DNA from: Anthoceros angustus
Lineage: Eukaryota > Plantae > Anthocerotophyta
Assembly: GCA_010909165.1 (NCBI GenBank)
Contig: VJWM01000221.1
Location: forward strand, 124,001 to 188,000
DNA length: 64,000 nucleotides
Direction of reading: 5' to 3'
The notes below the pieces were generated by a model, which was given only the letters and a program-made list of their open reading frames with translations, did no database searches and was not told the DNA's origin. Below are positions 9,967-22,663 of the stretch, piece after piece. Both the position numbers and the translations under genes were made by a program. How positions within the stretch are numbered: position 1 is the first letter of the stretch; each line of letters starts with the position of its first letter.

Positions 9967-12900
9967 ATGGCCGGCCGGATCATTCCTGGTTTGATGTTTC
10001 TCGCGTTGGCAGTGCGCCATGCGATTTGTAATGAAATCATGAGGCAGTATTTGCTCACCAGCAGTGTGGTCGGCGATTGTGCGACCGCTTCGAACGCACT
10101 GGATGGCCTGAGTTGCACTGAGTTCCTTTGGGCGACGTTTGCGGTTCCTTCCAAGAATGTGAGAGGGATTGCTTCCTGATCCTGGGTTTCTGAAGAGGAT
10201 GCTTTTGAGCGCAGTGGAATTCTTGTCTTTTGTGCAGACCCAACAAGGAACCTCGTATGCGATAACGTTGGACGAAACGTTTGTGCTCAGCACTGGGCAG
10301 ACAGAGAAATTGAAGTACCCCATCACCATCTCCTTTACGCTTGGGCCAACTGCCTTCACTCTGCCTGCAACTTTCGTGGCTGTGAGTAGCTCTGCTATGA
10401 CGGATGGACGGATGGATAAGGCATGGCATGGCATCCCATCCTCCTCACTCCAGTTGGAACGTGAACTAGGAACATAATGCACAGCCCTACGAAGAGTCCA
10501 TCGAACGATCTCCTTGCGTTGCTTACACTGGTTCCGGCACGTTGGCCACTTGTGGATGGTAATGCTGGCTGGTGCCTCAGGCTGGGCCATATTTCATGCA
10601 AACTCACGCCTTGCTGCAGGTGGCCCTAATCTGAAGATCTGCTTGCAGGGCTACGGATGCTGCCGGAAATAACATACCCAACAGTGAGGTCAGCACACAA
10701 GAACCGTTTGCGAATCACACCTGATTGTGGCGCCTTGCAAAATTTACCTCAGCCTGATGCTCTGCCTGTGCTGTAACAATGCAGGGTTTCTGCTGCTCCA
10801 ACTGTGCTACAAGCTCAACCAGCCGGGGCTCGCAATGCACTGACTCAGGTGACTATGACATGTGCACTGCTTCTTAGATATTGAGCTGCTTAACCATGAG
10901 CAAGTTTCTAAGGTCGATGACACTTGCTTAGTCATGTACAAATGAACAGACTCTTCTCCAGTAGCATATTGTCTAAGGATGAGCGCAAACTGGTGAGTGA
11001 GTGCTATTGCTTGGCTTGGAATCTGTCCATCCAGGTTTCGTTTGCCCTCATATTGGGCTTTTGGGTTACATTCAGGTTTCAAACTTACTCTCTGGGCGGC
11101 TACTCGGCGTCCTTGGAGTTTGCCACCGTCGGTGTCAGACGTTACATCAGTGGGACCAAGGTGCTGTGGATGCCACTTCTGCTACATTACAAGGAGCATA
11201 GTTGAGGCTGCTCGTGCTTCATTCTCTGTAATCTGCGTATGCTTGCCGGTTGTGCAGCCCAGCTCCGAGAATTTAACAATTTCAGGAGATACTCCTACAG
11301 CCGTCGACAGTGAGGGCCAGTGGAAGATTTTGCTTACTAAAATCACTTCCCCCACCTTGGATGCCCTCCATTCATCGTATCTGTCCATTCCCCTGTCCCC
11401 GGTGAGATTTACATTGTTCCTTGCCGCTGTTCCTTGCCTTGCTGCAATGGCAGTACAAGAAATGCTGTGATATGGACGTCTGACGCGCTGTTGTCGAAAA
11501 TCAGCCTCCTTCTATGGTGCAAGATATTTCTGGGTGGCTGGCCTTGGACTCTTCGTTGTACGGAAGCAACGACTCCTGCAACTTGGTGGGTTCGTCGTAC
11601 GATGGGTATGTCGCCCATCCGAATAAGTGCTCAGCACCTCTGGGTGACTGCACAAACAACCAACTAAACAGCTATGTCCAGGTAACTGTTTGATGCTGTG
11701 GGCTCGTCCGACCTTGGCAGTTCCAAAACGCTAACTGCAGTCTCCGTCCTTCCAAATGTCTTGAGCAGAAAAACGCTGCTGCACAACGTCATGGTTCTCC
11801 GGGACCATACTCGGCAACCACAACCTATGGATCCTTCCACGTAAGTTTCAGAAGACGTCGTGACTGTTGACAGCAAAGAAGGGCCTGTTCTGAAGGTCAT
11901 CTGATCACCTGTCAGGCGAATATGACGGATGACCGTAGCACACTTTACTCCATCACGGTGCCGCAAAGTGCTCTAGTGCTCTCCTATACCACCTTTGCCG
12001 TAGCCATTGTTGCTGACAATATTGAATATATCCCAACAGTGTAGACACCCTCCCTTGGCTTTCCTTCCTTCTATTTGAACCACCTTGATTGGATGGCTGA
12101 CTCTTCTACGTTCTTGTCACATGATCAGGTACAAAGGATCGATCGTGGATCTCAAAGCTCTCGGATACAATTCCAGTGACATTTCCACCAGAATTGTGAC
12201 CGTGGACGTCAAGAGCACAGGAACAACTGCTACCAATTACACTCTCACCGTAAGTAGCCCACGGGAAGGCAAGGACGTTGGTGGTGTTCAGGGCCCAAGT
12301 GCTTTTGGCAGTGGCTGATTCACTGTTGTGTGCATATTTTCATAGGCCAGCTCCAGTGCACAAGTGGAATGGCTTCTTCTCAGGTGATTCAACCTCACCT
12401 TCACCGTCACCGTCACCATCACCTCACCCCTCGTCACCTTCCACGACACGGAAGTATTGCAGAGACGTGATGCCATAAATGCTCATTCTTGTCACCCGGT
12501 TGTGAGCCCTCATCTCAGTCTGTCACCCTAATGAATCTGCTGCCGAACAACCCGAAAGGTGTCAACTTCACACTCCATTTCGACACCAACGTGGCCCCGG
12601 CCTTCAACTGCTCAGGTGTGCATCCTGTTCTTGTCGAATGCCTAGCTCCGTCATAGAACACAGATCCTCATGGTTTTACTGTGTATCCAGCATATCTGTT
12701 TGACATCCAAAGCCACCTGCAAGACTGGCAGACTGTGACGGCGTATCCGGATGGAGTGACTAAGTCGGTAAGCTCTCGAGCCACCCAGGCAAGGGTCCCT
12801 TCCCTGCACACACATCCACATGAGTACTAACCCTGGCTTGCTGAGCAGATCAGTGAGAAATTCCCCCCGCTACAGATCTCCTCCCTCCCGAGATGGATGC

Positions 12901-13941
12901 AGTATCCTGTCCAGTTCCTGGCCATCCAGCTCAAAAACTGCAGGCATGAGCTCACATTCCCCCGCCCTGTGCTGGCATTTGCAATTTTTCAATTTCATTT
13001 TCACTCCTCGTGTATCCGGTTTTCTGACCGGATGGCAGGAACTGCACTTCAGCGGAGGTTGCGCGAACTCCACCGCCGTCAACTGCCAGACTTTCCACAC
13101 ATGTTGGTCGGCCGTGATGACCATGGTGGGAGCACTGGCGTTGGCGATCGTCAGTAAGTTCATCGTTCGCAACCAGGATCCAGGCCTCCAGAACGTGTAG
13201 TCGTGAATCTGATTGCGTTCCGTTCCCGCAGCAATTCTGACGCTGGTGGCGCTGATTCGGCACGGGAGGCTAGGGTTCTTCGTGTCACAGTGCGCGCTGT
13301 TGATGTGCTTGCCCTGCTGGCTGGGGTTCAAGCACAGTGGCAAGCTCGCGGATCTCCTCCGGCTCAAAGCTCTACGGGGTCGCGTCGCTCCAGCAGCTCC
13401 AGCTGCCAAGGTCTGGAAGCCATTGCTGGGCCCTGGCAGGGAGGCGGCAGCGGAGGACGACGAGGAAGACGGCATGAGGTCGGACGACGAGCAGGATCAC
13501 AGGGCCGGGCCGGGCGATGAAGGGGACCAGGAAGAAGCGCCCGGGACCGGGCTGGGACACCGGGCCTCGCTGCTGGCGCCGCCCCCGCCGGGAACTCCCT
13601 TGCCGGGGAAGGGGAAAAAGCCCTTCATCCCGCCGCGACCAGTGGTCCCCGACCAGCCTCCCCTGCTTAAATCTCCCACCCCCTTGCCGAAGAAGGCATT
13701 AGACACGCCCCGACCAGTGGTCTCCGACCGCCCTCCTACGGGGACTCCCTGGCTGAAGAGATTGAAGAAGGCCTTCAAGCGGCCCCCACCAGTAGTCCCC
13801 GACCTCCCCCACCCGGTCGCCGGCAGGGCTCTGGGTCCGGTGGGCCCGGGCACCTTGCCTATGCCTGCTGGCCGGGGACCAAGAATGGTGCGCTTCGAGG
13901 CGCCTTTCAATGGACGCAACCTCTCTCTGGGCAACTCCTGA
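9967..13941 (+). CDS. HAP2: HAP2/GCS1-family class II fusion protein (fusexin), divergent, 18 exons, about 800 aa
   Basis: Hand-spliced exons, all phase-consistent: 9967-10158, 10238-10381, 10470-10558, 10649-10688, 10785-10848, 10950(or 10962)-10992, 11076-11160, 11258-11401, 11505-11681, 11769-11840, 11916-12040, 12129-12249, 12351-12383, 12519-12615, 12691-12767, 12849-12943, 13053-13153, 13232-13941. Product has a signal peptide; LLTSSVVGDC..LSC..FAVPS; NAQPYEE; TCGW..SEGFCCSNC..RG..C..AYCLR..W; YLSIP; W...SCNLVG.SY...PNKC..P.GDC..NQL; ADNIEY; an Ig-like domain III; C..GC..NC..TCW; and a TM segment followed by LIRHG. The exon 16 donor is GC and less certain. Confidence 0.88.
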
Positions 13942-14666
13942 AGGGCGCCCAGCAGGCCATCGCCCTTGAGACTGCTTCAGCGAGTATTTGGCGAACCCAG
14001 AATTGAGATTTCAAGACACCCATGAGCGGAAATTACAAACAAAAGCGCAACCGAAGAGAAATATTTATCACTTGGCTAAGCTGCCACGAGTCTCAGCATT
14101 GTAATATCAAGGATTGTCTACGTGCAATTTGGACTCCTCACAACCTCAATTACACCATGCACAACCTGCAGTAGGTTTCCGTTGGAGGCTACACGTCGTG
14201 CAACTAGGACAGTAGAGAAAGGAACAGAACGGTAGACTAAGGGAGTAGGAAACTTCAAGTAGCTGCTGTAAAGCAGGTGACACTCATTTACACCTGTGCG
14301 CCTTGGCCACCTGCATCCACAGAGCTTGCAGTACAGGCACCGGTGTTAGAGGAAGCGCAGCTGGGTCTCTGTTATTCTCAGCAAATAAAACACACTTTAG
14401 ACGAGGGCAAACAAAAAAAGGAGCTATATTCCCCGCTGCTTCAATTGTACAGACAAAAACTGGCCTCCTCAACATACTTATATAATGAATGGGAAATAAG
14501 GTCAAATCGGAAAACCATTGTATTATCCACATCATACGGTAGCTCGGTCCATAGACCACTCCACAAATCAGCTCTCCATAGGCGCTCCAGCCAAAAGAGC
14601 CATTTCTGGAAGTAGGTATTGCGATGGTACGAGTATCAAAGTAGGCGAATTCACAGACGAGGTGAA

Positions 14667-17600
14667 TCAGGAGAGGTCGAAGGAGCCTTGCCCCTCCGAA
14701 ATGGCATATAGCAACCTTTCACGCATAACCTCCTGATAAAAACACAAGGAGAAATCGGCTGAGTAGGGGGCACAACGCACTCCAGCACGTCTAGAAGCTG
14801 CTTATGTCATTAGCTTGCAAAATTGAAATACCAACACACGGAGCTTTACTCACCTTGCTTGAATATGGTGGCAGCTTCAGATAATTAGCACAGGTCATGA
14901 CACTTGGGAGGTCACCATCTGCAAGAGTAGTTCCTAGGCCTGACACGGGTCCAGGTGGCGTGGTCCCCAGAACCGGGATTATTGTGCTTACTCCTGTTGG
15001 ATGCTGTCAAAAAAACCAGCATCACACAATAAGACTGTGTGGCGCGAAGTTGCATCATCCACAACTAAAATCCAGTGCTTCAGCTCACCTTTCTCACAAT
15101 AGTGAGCTTTGGAGTTAAAGCCGACAAACCACCAGGTGGAAGACGTGGTGCTCCAGTCACAAATCGTAAGAACGATCGTTGCTCTTCAGCAGAGAATTCA
15201 CCCATAATCTCCAGAAGCTGTTCAAATCATCCAAATTAGGTGGATACAACGAGTACAACCCAGTGAAACCACGCTATACACAAACCATACAACTTACATT
15301 TCGAATTGGTGGGCTCGATGCAGTGTACCCATGGTCAAATTTAATGAGATCCGCCAGAGAATCGGGCTGCCCAGAACCCAACATCAAAAAGGTCACACAG
15401 ACATTTATGAGGTGCAAATTCACTAGCTTTCAAACTTCCATCCAAACACTTACCGTCCATAGTTCACAGCGACCACACAGCAGAGAGTCAAGTTCGTCCT
15501 CAGAAAATATTTGCAAAGATGACAGCTGGAAGACCTGAAAACCAGAGAAGGATTATCAATACAGACATTGGCACCGAATCGTAAAGAAATGTCAACACAG
15601 ATATCAAATCAGGGTAGAACCGAAGAAGCCAACCTGATTGAATCCTGCACGAAAAGCCTCCATCTGAGGGAGGATACCTGTCTTTACAGTTGCATCCACT
15701 ACCAGTGATATGTAATCCTCTAGGTTGCTCACGTCCACCTGCACCATACATTGAAAGGCCCATCCCCATCCATTAAGAATACGATACCAGAAGTGATAAG
15801 TCACCAACCTTGAGTGGAACAAAATAGACTGGGTCCAAGAACAAACTTCTAAGAGAACCAAGATTTTGCATACCAATATTTCACTTCCATTTGGCCTTAG
15901 AAGATAATCAGGATACCCAGGAAGGGTGAAGTCAAGACACAGGTCCTCAACCCTAGAACCACGAAAGCGCAGTTGAGAGAGTGCATGCTTTTTCTCTCCA
16001 GGAGTGACTTCCAGATACTGTTTACGACGTACAAGAACTTGCAATTCTTGCAAGGTCTTCCCAAGCTCATAATCTATAGACTTAACATCATACAAGTCCA
16101 GATCCTGCACAAGATCAACAAAATCAAAATAATCACTCTACAGTAAGAACCATCAGACTGTACTGAATTTCCACAGCAAATTAAAATCATGAAACTCCAG
16201 GTACTCTGGCAACAGACTACCACTGGAGTGTTTGCAATTTAGAGCGAAAGTACACAATACCTGGCCTAGCACCAGCTTGTAGAATGCAGTGGAAAGAGGT
16301 AAATCCAGGAGTCGCCCATCCTGAAGAGCCTTTGCCATAACACGACCAAGCAGGCGGAAATGCTCGACCACCTTAGCGTACCTGTTGTTTGAGGTACCTA
16401 CATTGGAGGGCCAAGGCCGCGGGAAAAGACCCTGTGACGCTTGGACATAATCTCCTGCCATATTGGAAGAATCGGCTGTACCCCTGCTTCTGGCTGATGG
16501 ACTCTCCGCCACAGGTTCCCCTTCAGCATCTTGCATCTCAACATCATCCTCACCACTACTCACTATGTCAGTTCTCCAAAGATCCAAACTCGCCTTTTGC
16601 AGCTCATGGCTCAGCAAGGTATAAAACTCCAGGGTCGGTCCAAGCCCAGTCCCAACCTCCCCGAAGTACTCCACTTCCAAAACAGCCTTGTTACCGGAGT
16701 ACAACTCCATAACCTTAGCAGCTGAATCCAGGATCCTATTCCTTGATACCCGCACCTTCTGCCGCTGTAATCTCCCAACGCGTAATTCACGATCAGTTGA
16801 CACAGATTGCCCATCAGCAGTTTGCTGCTGTTGTAAACGTTGAAGAGCTCTAGACAACCCGAAAGCAGTAGCATGAAAATACTGTCTTCTCGTTTCAAAA
16901 GGAAACAAAAAGGGGCACGCCTTTGTCAGCTGATGGCACCATGAAGGTAAACCCCCACTGCACAGTGCTAGTGCGTCCTGCATCTGCCGAGCTAGCTTTG
17001 GAGTGAGCTTACTGCTCAAAAATTCCTCTCGTGGAACAAGGGGCCCATATCCCCTGATATCTTCATACTTGGTAACTTTGCCTTCTGCAAAAGCATCAGC
17101 AGCTTGCTGTGCCCTCAACCTAGGAGCAATGCGGTTCAGCCCTTCCAACACCCGAAGCAAAAGGAGGATGTTATAAGTGGTGTTTGATTTATCCAAGTCG
17201 CAGGGAAGCTCCCCTTGCAAGATACTATCCAACAGGGAAGCTTGCTGCCAAGAACCCTCAGTGCAACTTGAGCCAGCATTCACTGCTCTGCTTTGAGGAT
17301 TAGTTTCCAACCTTTGAGAGCCACTGCCAGATGACGATGCTGCCGGTTGATCTGTAGTATTGGAGTCTGCTCGTTGGTATGTGATGGTGTATATTTCCTC
17401 CCAAAGTCTTCTACCAGCTCCTACTGCATCAGTCCCTGCATATCTCTCCTCGTCCTCATCGTCAGCAACTATTTGACGCTGAACCGCTTGAAAGATGGTC
17501 AAAGACCTGTTCAATGGTTTTCCACCAAGCGAAAAGACCAACTTGGGCGGTAGATTGGCAGCAACTAATGAAGCCATTGTAGTTCTCCGATCACGCGCAA

Positions 17601-20600
17601 CACCCCGTCCCCCACTGCCACCTACTGATGTGCCTCCTGCCATGGCAACAGCAGCAAAAGATAAAGAGCCCTTTGCCCACACAGATGATCCTGTCCGCAA
17701 GCCACTGGTTTCAGCTCCTGCTCCTACAGCATTCGACCTACCTCCTAAGTTGACTCCAGAAATGCCTGAGGCAAATCCAGATGCCTGCAGTAGTGCCTCA
17801 CTTCCAGTCACACTAGATGAGGCCAAATTCCCCACATCATTCCCATCCCCCAACTGTACATCATGAACCCGCTCCCCAATGCAAACAGGTGAAGGTTCCT
17901 CGCCAAAGACCTGAGTTCCATGAAGAATCGATTTCCATAAGCCAGAATGATCACCAGACTCAAGGCACAGCTAGCAATCATGAAGTTGTCAGCCCAAAGA
18001 AGGTACAGAAGGGGAGAAAAGAAACGGGCCAAAAAGATATTGCCTACCTCTTCATCAGCCTGATCATCATCAAGTTCATCATCCTGGAAAGGACCAATAA
18101 CATGGGTTAGACGAGAGTTTTTTTGTACCCCATTGCAGATGAACCCACGTTCACAGAACACTACCTCTTCATGCTCCTCTTCATCTTCATCATCCTCTGA
18201 TATCTCATCCTCTTCCATTGCAACAGCCTCCTCAAGCTCTGCAGGAGAAGCATCAACCTCTTCATCCTGTCATAACAAGGACACAGGACTGAGAATTCTC
18301 CAAAGGCAGGTTCAGAACAGAGTTGAAGAAGGAATGCTGAACGTCAAAAACAGTTCTGTATTCCCAGAAGACTTTAACCACCCACCTCACTTTCCATTGA
18401 AGAGGTGCCTTCTGCTTGCTTCTGCAAAGAAGCTTCTGCAGCTGACGCTCTTCTCCGCGCCGCGGCATTCCTTGTTTCAGGGCCCCTATGCTCTTCTGGA
18501 CTCGGTGTCTCAACAGTGTTCTTGGTGCAAACTTTCCCTTTTCCTTTTGAAGAGGTTATACTCCCCGCAGCTTCTAAATTTCTTCTAGACCCAGCTGTTA
18601 CTGATGCTGATGCTGAAGCAGGGCCTGATACAGATGCTGATGCAGATGCGGATGCAGTTGCAGTTGCAGCTGCAGAGGCTACGACAGCTGCAGTTCTTGA
18701 ACGGGTTGAAGGACGACGCTCGGGGACTAGAGGTGCTGTCGTGGAAGGAGTAGTGCCAGGCACTGAGTCAGTCGCTGGTACTGCATCACCTGCCTCAACA
18801 CTATTTGCAGCAGATGTAGATACAGCTTCATGCCTCTTCACCCTGGGCCAAAGGAAGTCTTCAACCGCAACAAAGGTAGCCAACGGTTCAATTAGAACAA
18901 CATTTGAAGAGTAGTCCCGCAGAACTCTTTCCCCGGGTGCTCTACATAGCCGCAGCTTGAAAGGCTGAGCTAGAGCACTCAACCCTGCAGCAATGCTAGC
19001 ACCACTAGTAGTTGACCTGGGGGAATGGCTAATTACTACTGGGAAGCGCTCCAAAGAAGCTAGTGCATTTTGCAGCTTTTGCACCAGCATTGTCAAAGGA
19101 ACCTCCTTTCCCTCATCTACCATAGGCAATGCAAGTCCAATGAACTCCTTAAACCTCTTCAGCGCCTGTTGCCTCAGCCTGGTAGAATTTGGGTCAGTGA
19201 TGTTCTCCTTGGTAAGATTCCCACAAGAGAAGAAATGTAAGAGGGAACCAACAACTCCACTTCCCACGAACTCGAAGGTTGACACCCCATCCCCACCACC
19301 CAATTCTACAAGTATTTCTTGTATGAGCCCTAGAAGTTGCTCGTCACTCAATGAAGGTGCCTGTGAAGCCTTTCCTTTCCCTTTTCCCTTGCCTTTTACC
19401 TCCACAACAGTGTCACCACTGAGCTTAGAAGAGAGCCCCTTCAACTTGCACAGGCTCTCTGTCAACCCAGCATCAGTTAAACCAGAATCCCCCGAAAAGT
19501 ACTGTTCCTTGAATCTTTTAGCACTGCTAATATAAGCTGCCCGAAGCCCTGAACGTGCAGACCGGAAAGCTGGTTCAGGGCCTCCAGTAGGAGGTGACCC
19601 AACAGGTGCACTGCTAGACCCTCCAAGCTCATCTGCTGGGTCGGTCAGTGCAGCTCCTCGGCGCCTTCCGGGGGCTCCACGCCGTGGCCTTGATGTGGCC
19701 ACTGAGGAGGCACCCGATGCATCTGTGCCCCTGGCAGAAGCTGAGCTTTGTTGAGGAGCTCCCTGACTATGCTCCGATGCAATCAACAAATCAATTGCGT
19801 GGACAACACCCTCCTTCACAAACACCTTTGTGAAGACGTCAGGGAGTTTCTGCATTAGCATTTCCGCTATCTGCAAAGCTGTGATCAAAACTGAAGCATC
19901 TTTAGATGCCAGGACCCCGGACAAGAAGCTGCATCACATGAAGCAAATGTAAGCAGGATGTTATACTTTGCATATGAGTTCATGGCTTTAAAGGTGTCAA
20001 CTCCTTATACATCCAAGACAAAAGAGCTGGTCTGATTCATACCTGGAGATGTTAGACTCCTTCAACAACGTCCGCAACATGTCAGCTGTGCTGAAGTGAA
20101 GAAGCTTGTTAATGGCAGCAATGCACTTGTGCCGCACCGGTGGATTGACACTAGAACCATAAACCTGGGTGATCAAAGAAAAAGTCAGCAATTTGGCTCA
20201 ACAAAACATAATGCGCATACTGCCTAGGTTTAAAGCCATACCTGAACAAGCACTGGGAATAGATCCGCCCCAAACTGCACCAACAGTTCAGGCTGACAGC
20301 GCAGCAACTTCTCTCGAGGTGAGATCTCTGACACAGTCACATCCCCTTCTTCTGTTTTACCATGCTTTTTTGCACTCTTCCCACCATTTGAGGTCGATGC
20401 AGTTGTTGCCCCAGGGACCCCAGGCATGGGTGGTAGAAGCTCATTGATAAGCGTCACAACTTCATAGAGCTGTGAGGCCACAATGTCAGAGAATAAGAAA
20501 TCCTCCAGAAAGGTTCACAAGTCAAACATGCTTGCATGCTTCTAGCAGAAAGCAAAAAAAAAAACCAGTCTGTGCATTTCCTAAACGAGTATGACCAGTG

Positions 20601-22663
20601 GAGAACTTCAGGGGTAAAAACCTGTTCTGGTGGGCGGTTGACAGATGAGGGAGACACAGAGGTACTTGAGACTAGTCCAGATCCAGCTAGAATGTCCTTC
20701 AAGATTCTGCTGATACGGAGATCAAGCAAGCTTTCAGCTGCTGCTGCAGACCCAGAGGTGCATGTTGAAAGTAACCGGATCAAACCCTGCAAGACCAGCG
20801 ATACACCGTCACCTTTAAACTCCCAACTTCCACACATGGTCAACAGTATTTAACGTGCTGGCGACGTACTGTGTATGTTGCATTGCCCAACGATGCTTGT
20901 GGTATTAGACTCCCGCTGGAGCTCCCAACAGAGATCAAACGTGCAGTCTGTGTAATCAGACCATGGGAGCAAAGGGTATCCAGCTTCTCAGGAGATGTTG
21001 CAAAAGCCTCAGCGATTCGTGTAAGGCACACTGAAGCTTGCTCAACCACCTGCAAGAGAAGAGCTTGCAATTAGGCACCAATAAAGAGGTTACATGCAGC
21101 AGCAACACAATCATGTTCCAAATGAGCCCACCTTTGAATCTTGATATTGCAAAAGACTGGTTAATATGGGAACAGCCTCCATCACAAAGTCTGAAGCATC
21201 AGATGGCAACTGCCTGCATATATTGGCAGCAGTGGAAACTGCTACTCTCTATAGTACAAATCCACGAGTCAATGTAGCGACAAGACTCCCAATTCCCGAA
21301 AACAAGCAAGCGTTTCTTCCAGGCAAAACAGCACAAAGAAACACTTAAAGATCTTACTTGAACGCCAGTTGAAAAGAAGTCCAAGTACGAGAGCACTGCA
21401 ATGAGAGCTCCAGCACGAAGACAAGCTGTAGGATGCTCGTGAGAGATCTTTTCTAGAGCTTGCAGAGACTGCAAAGAGAACACAATTCTGCTAAATAAGC
21501 ACACATCTGACTCGGGAATACAGTGTTTCAAGTCTCAGCCCAGGCAGGTCTAGCAATACAAGTAAGACGAGGAAGGCCAGGGTGGGTACTCCAAAAGAAA
21601 CCTTTGCACACATCACACGAGACGAACTAAATCACATGACGAACTAACCAAGAGCTTTGGTGCAGAACATACCTGCTCTGCAAGGTCAATGTACTCGATA
21701 GTCAGTAGACGTGCACAAAAGCATGGAACAGCCCCATAGTGCACGACCGCTGCACATGAAGAGGGAAGCACATCGCATAGATGAGTCAAAGCCCTAGCGG
21801 CTAAGAGCATCATGTCAGGATTGTACTCGCAGTTCAGTAGCCCAACCAGCACCGGCACAAACGAGTCGACAGAAAAGCTGCTCAGGGACTCTTCTGTTCC
21901 AATGGAAAGCAATTCACAAAGCTGAGAAAGAGCATCCAATTGCCGGCCCACTTCACCCTCCGCCCGGAGGCCTGACAGAATTTTCTTCAACCGACTATTC
22001 TGGTGAGACGAAGGAGTGGAGGACGGCATAAGATCATCCAGCCCCGCACCCAGCTTCCTCAGCAGACCATGCAGGGCGCTGCTGGCGGACGCCAGATTCA
22101 ACGTGCTGCCACCCTCCCCATCATGATCGTCATCAGCAAACCCTGCTACAGCTGCTGCCGCAGCGGCAGCGGCCGCCCTGTCCCTCTCTCGCTCCCTGTC
22201 CCTGTCCCTGTCCCTGTCCCTATCCCTGTCCCGAGCTCGCTCCTTCTCCTTCTCAGCCTCCTTCTCCTTTCCCTTGTCCGTATCCCTATCTTTCTCATTC
22301 TCCTTCTCCGCAGCGCGCTGCTCCTCTTCCCGCTCCTGGTCCCTCTTGGCGGCCTTCTCCAATTCCCGCTTGGCAGCCTTCTCCGATTCCCGCCTGCTGG
22401 CCTTGTCGCTCTCCCGCTTGGAGGCCAGGGCCAGGGCGTCGTAGGCCGGGTCCATGGGCGCGGCCTCCAGAGATCTGGCAGCGGCAGCAGCGGCGGCAGC
22501 AGCTATGGAAGTGCGAGTTGGCGGACGAGGTCGGGGCGGAATCGGAGCAGAAGCTGCGGCGGCTGACGAGGATGCAGAGGCGGGCTCGCTTGGACCGGGA
22601 GGGCCGAGCAGGGGATGGCCGATGCGACGTGGCCTCCGCCCGCTTGCGGCTGCGCGTTTCCAT
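14667..22663 (-). CDS. UPL3: HECT E3 ubiquitin ligase UPL3/KAKTUS (ARM repeats plus HECT), multi-exon; apparent 1-nt frameshift near 22580
   Basis: N-terminus [11 protein letters not shown]; [32 protein letters not shown]; HECT region [12 protein letters not shown]...[17 protein letters not shown]; catalytic [14 protein letters not shown]; ends EGQGSFDLS* at 14667. Confidence 0.96.
22178..22230. repeat. (CCCTGT)n coding microsatellite giving an RD-dipeptide run in UPL3
   Basis: ccctgtccctgtccctgtccctgtccctatccctgt encodes [10 protein letters not shown] on the minus strand. Confidence 0.8.

Noticed and set aside
9736-10590. 284-aa minus-strand ORF
   Set aside because: Overlaps HAP2 exons 1-3 on the opposite strand, which have phase-consistent splice support.
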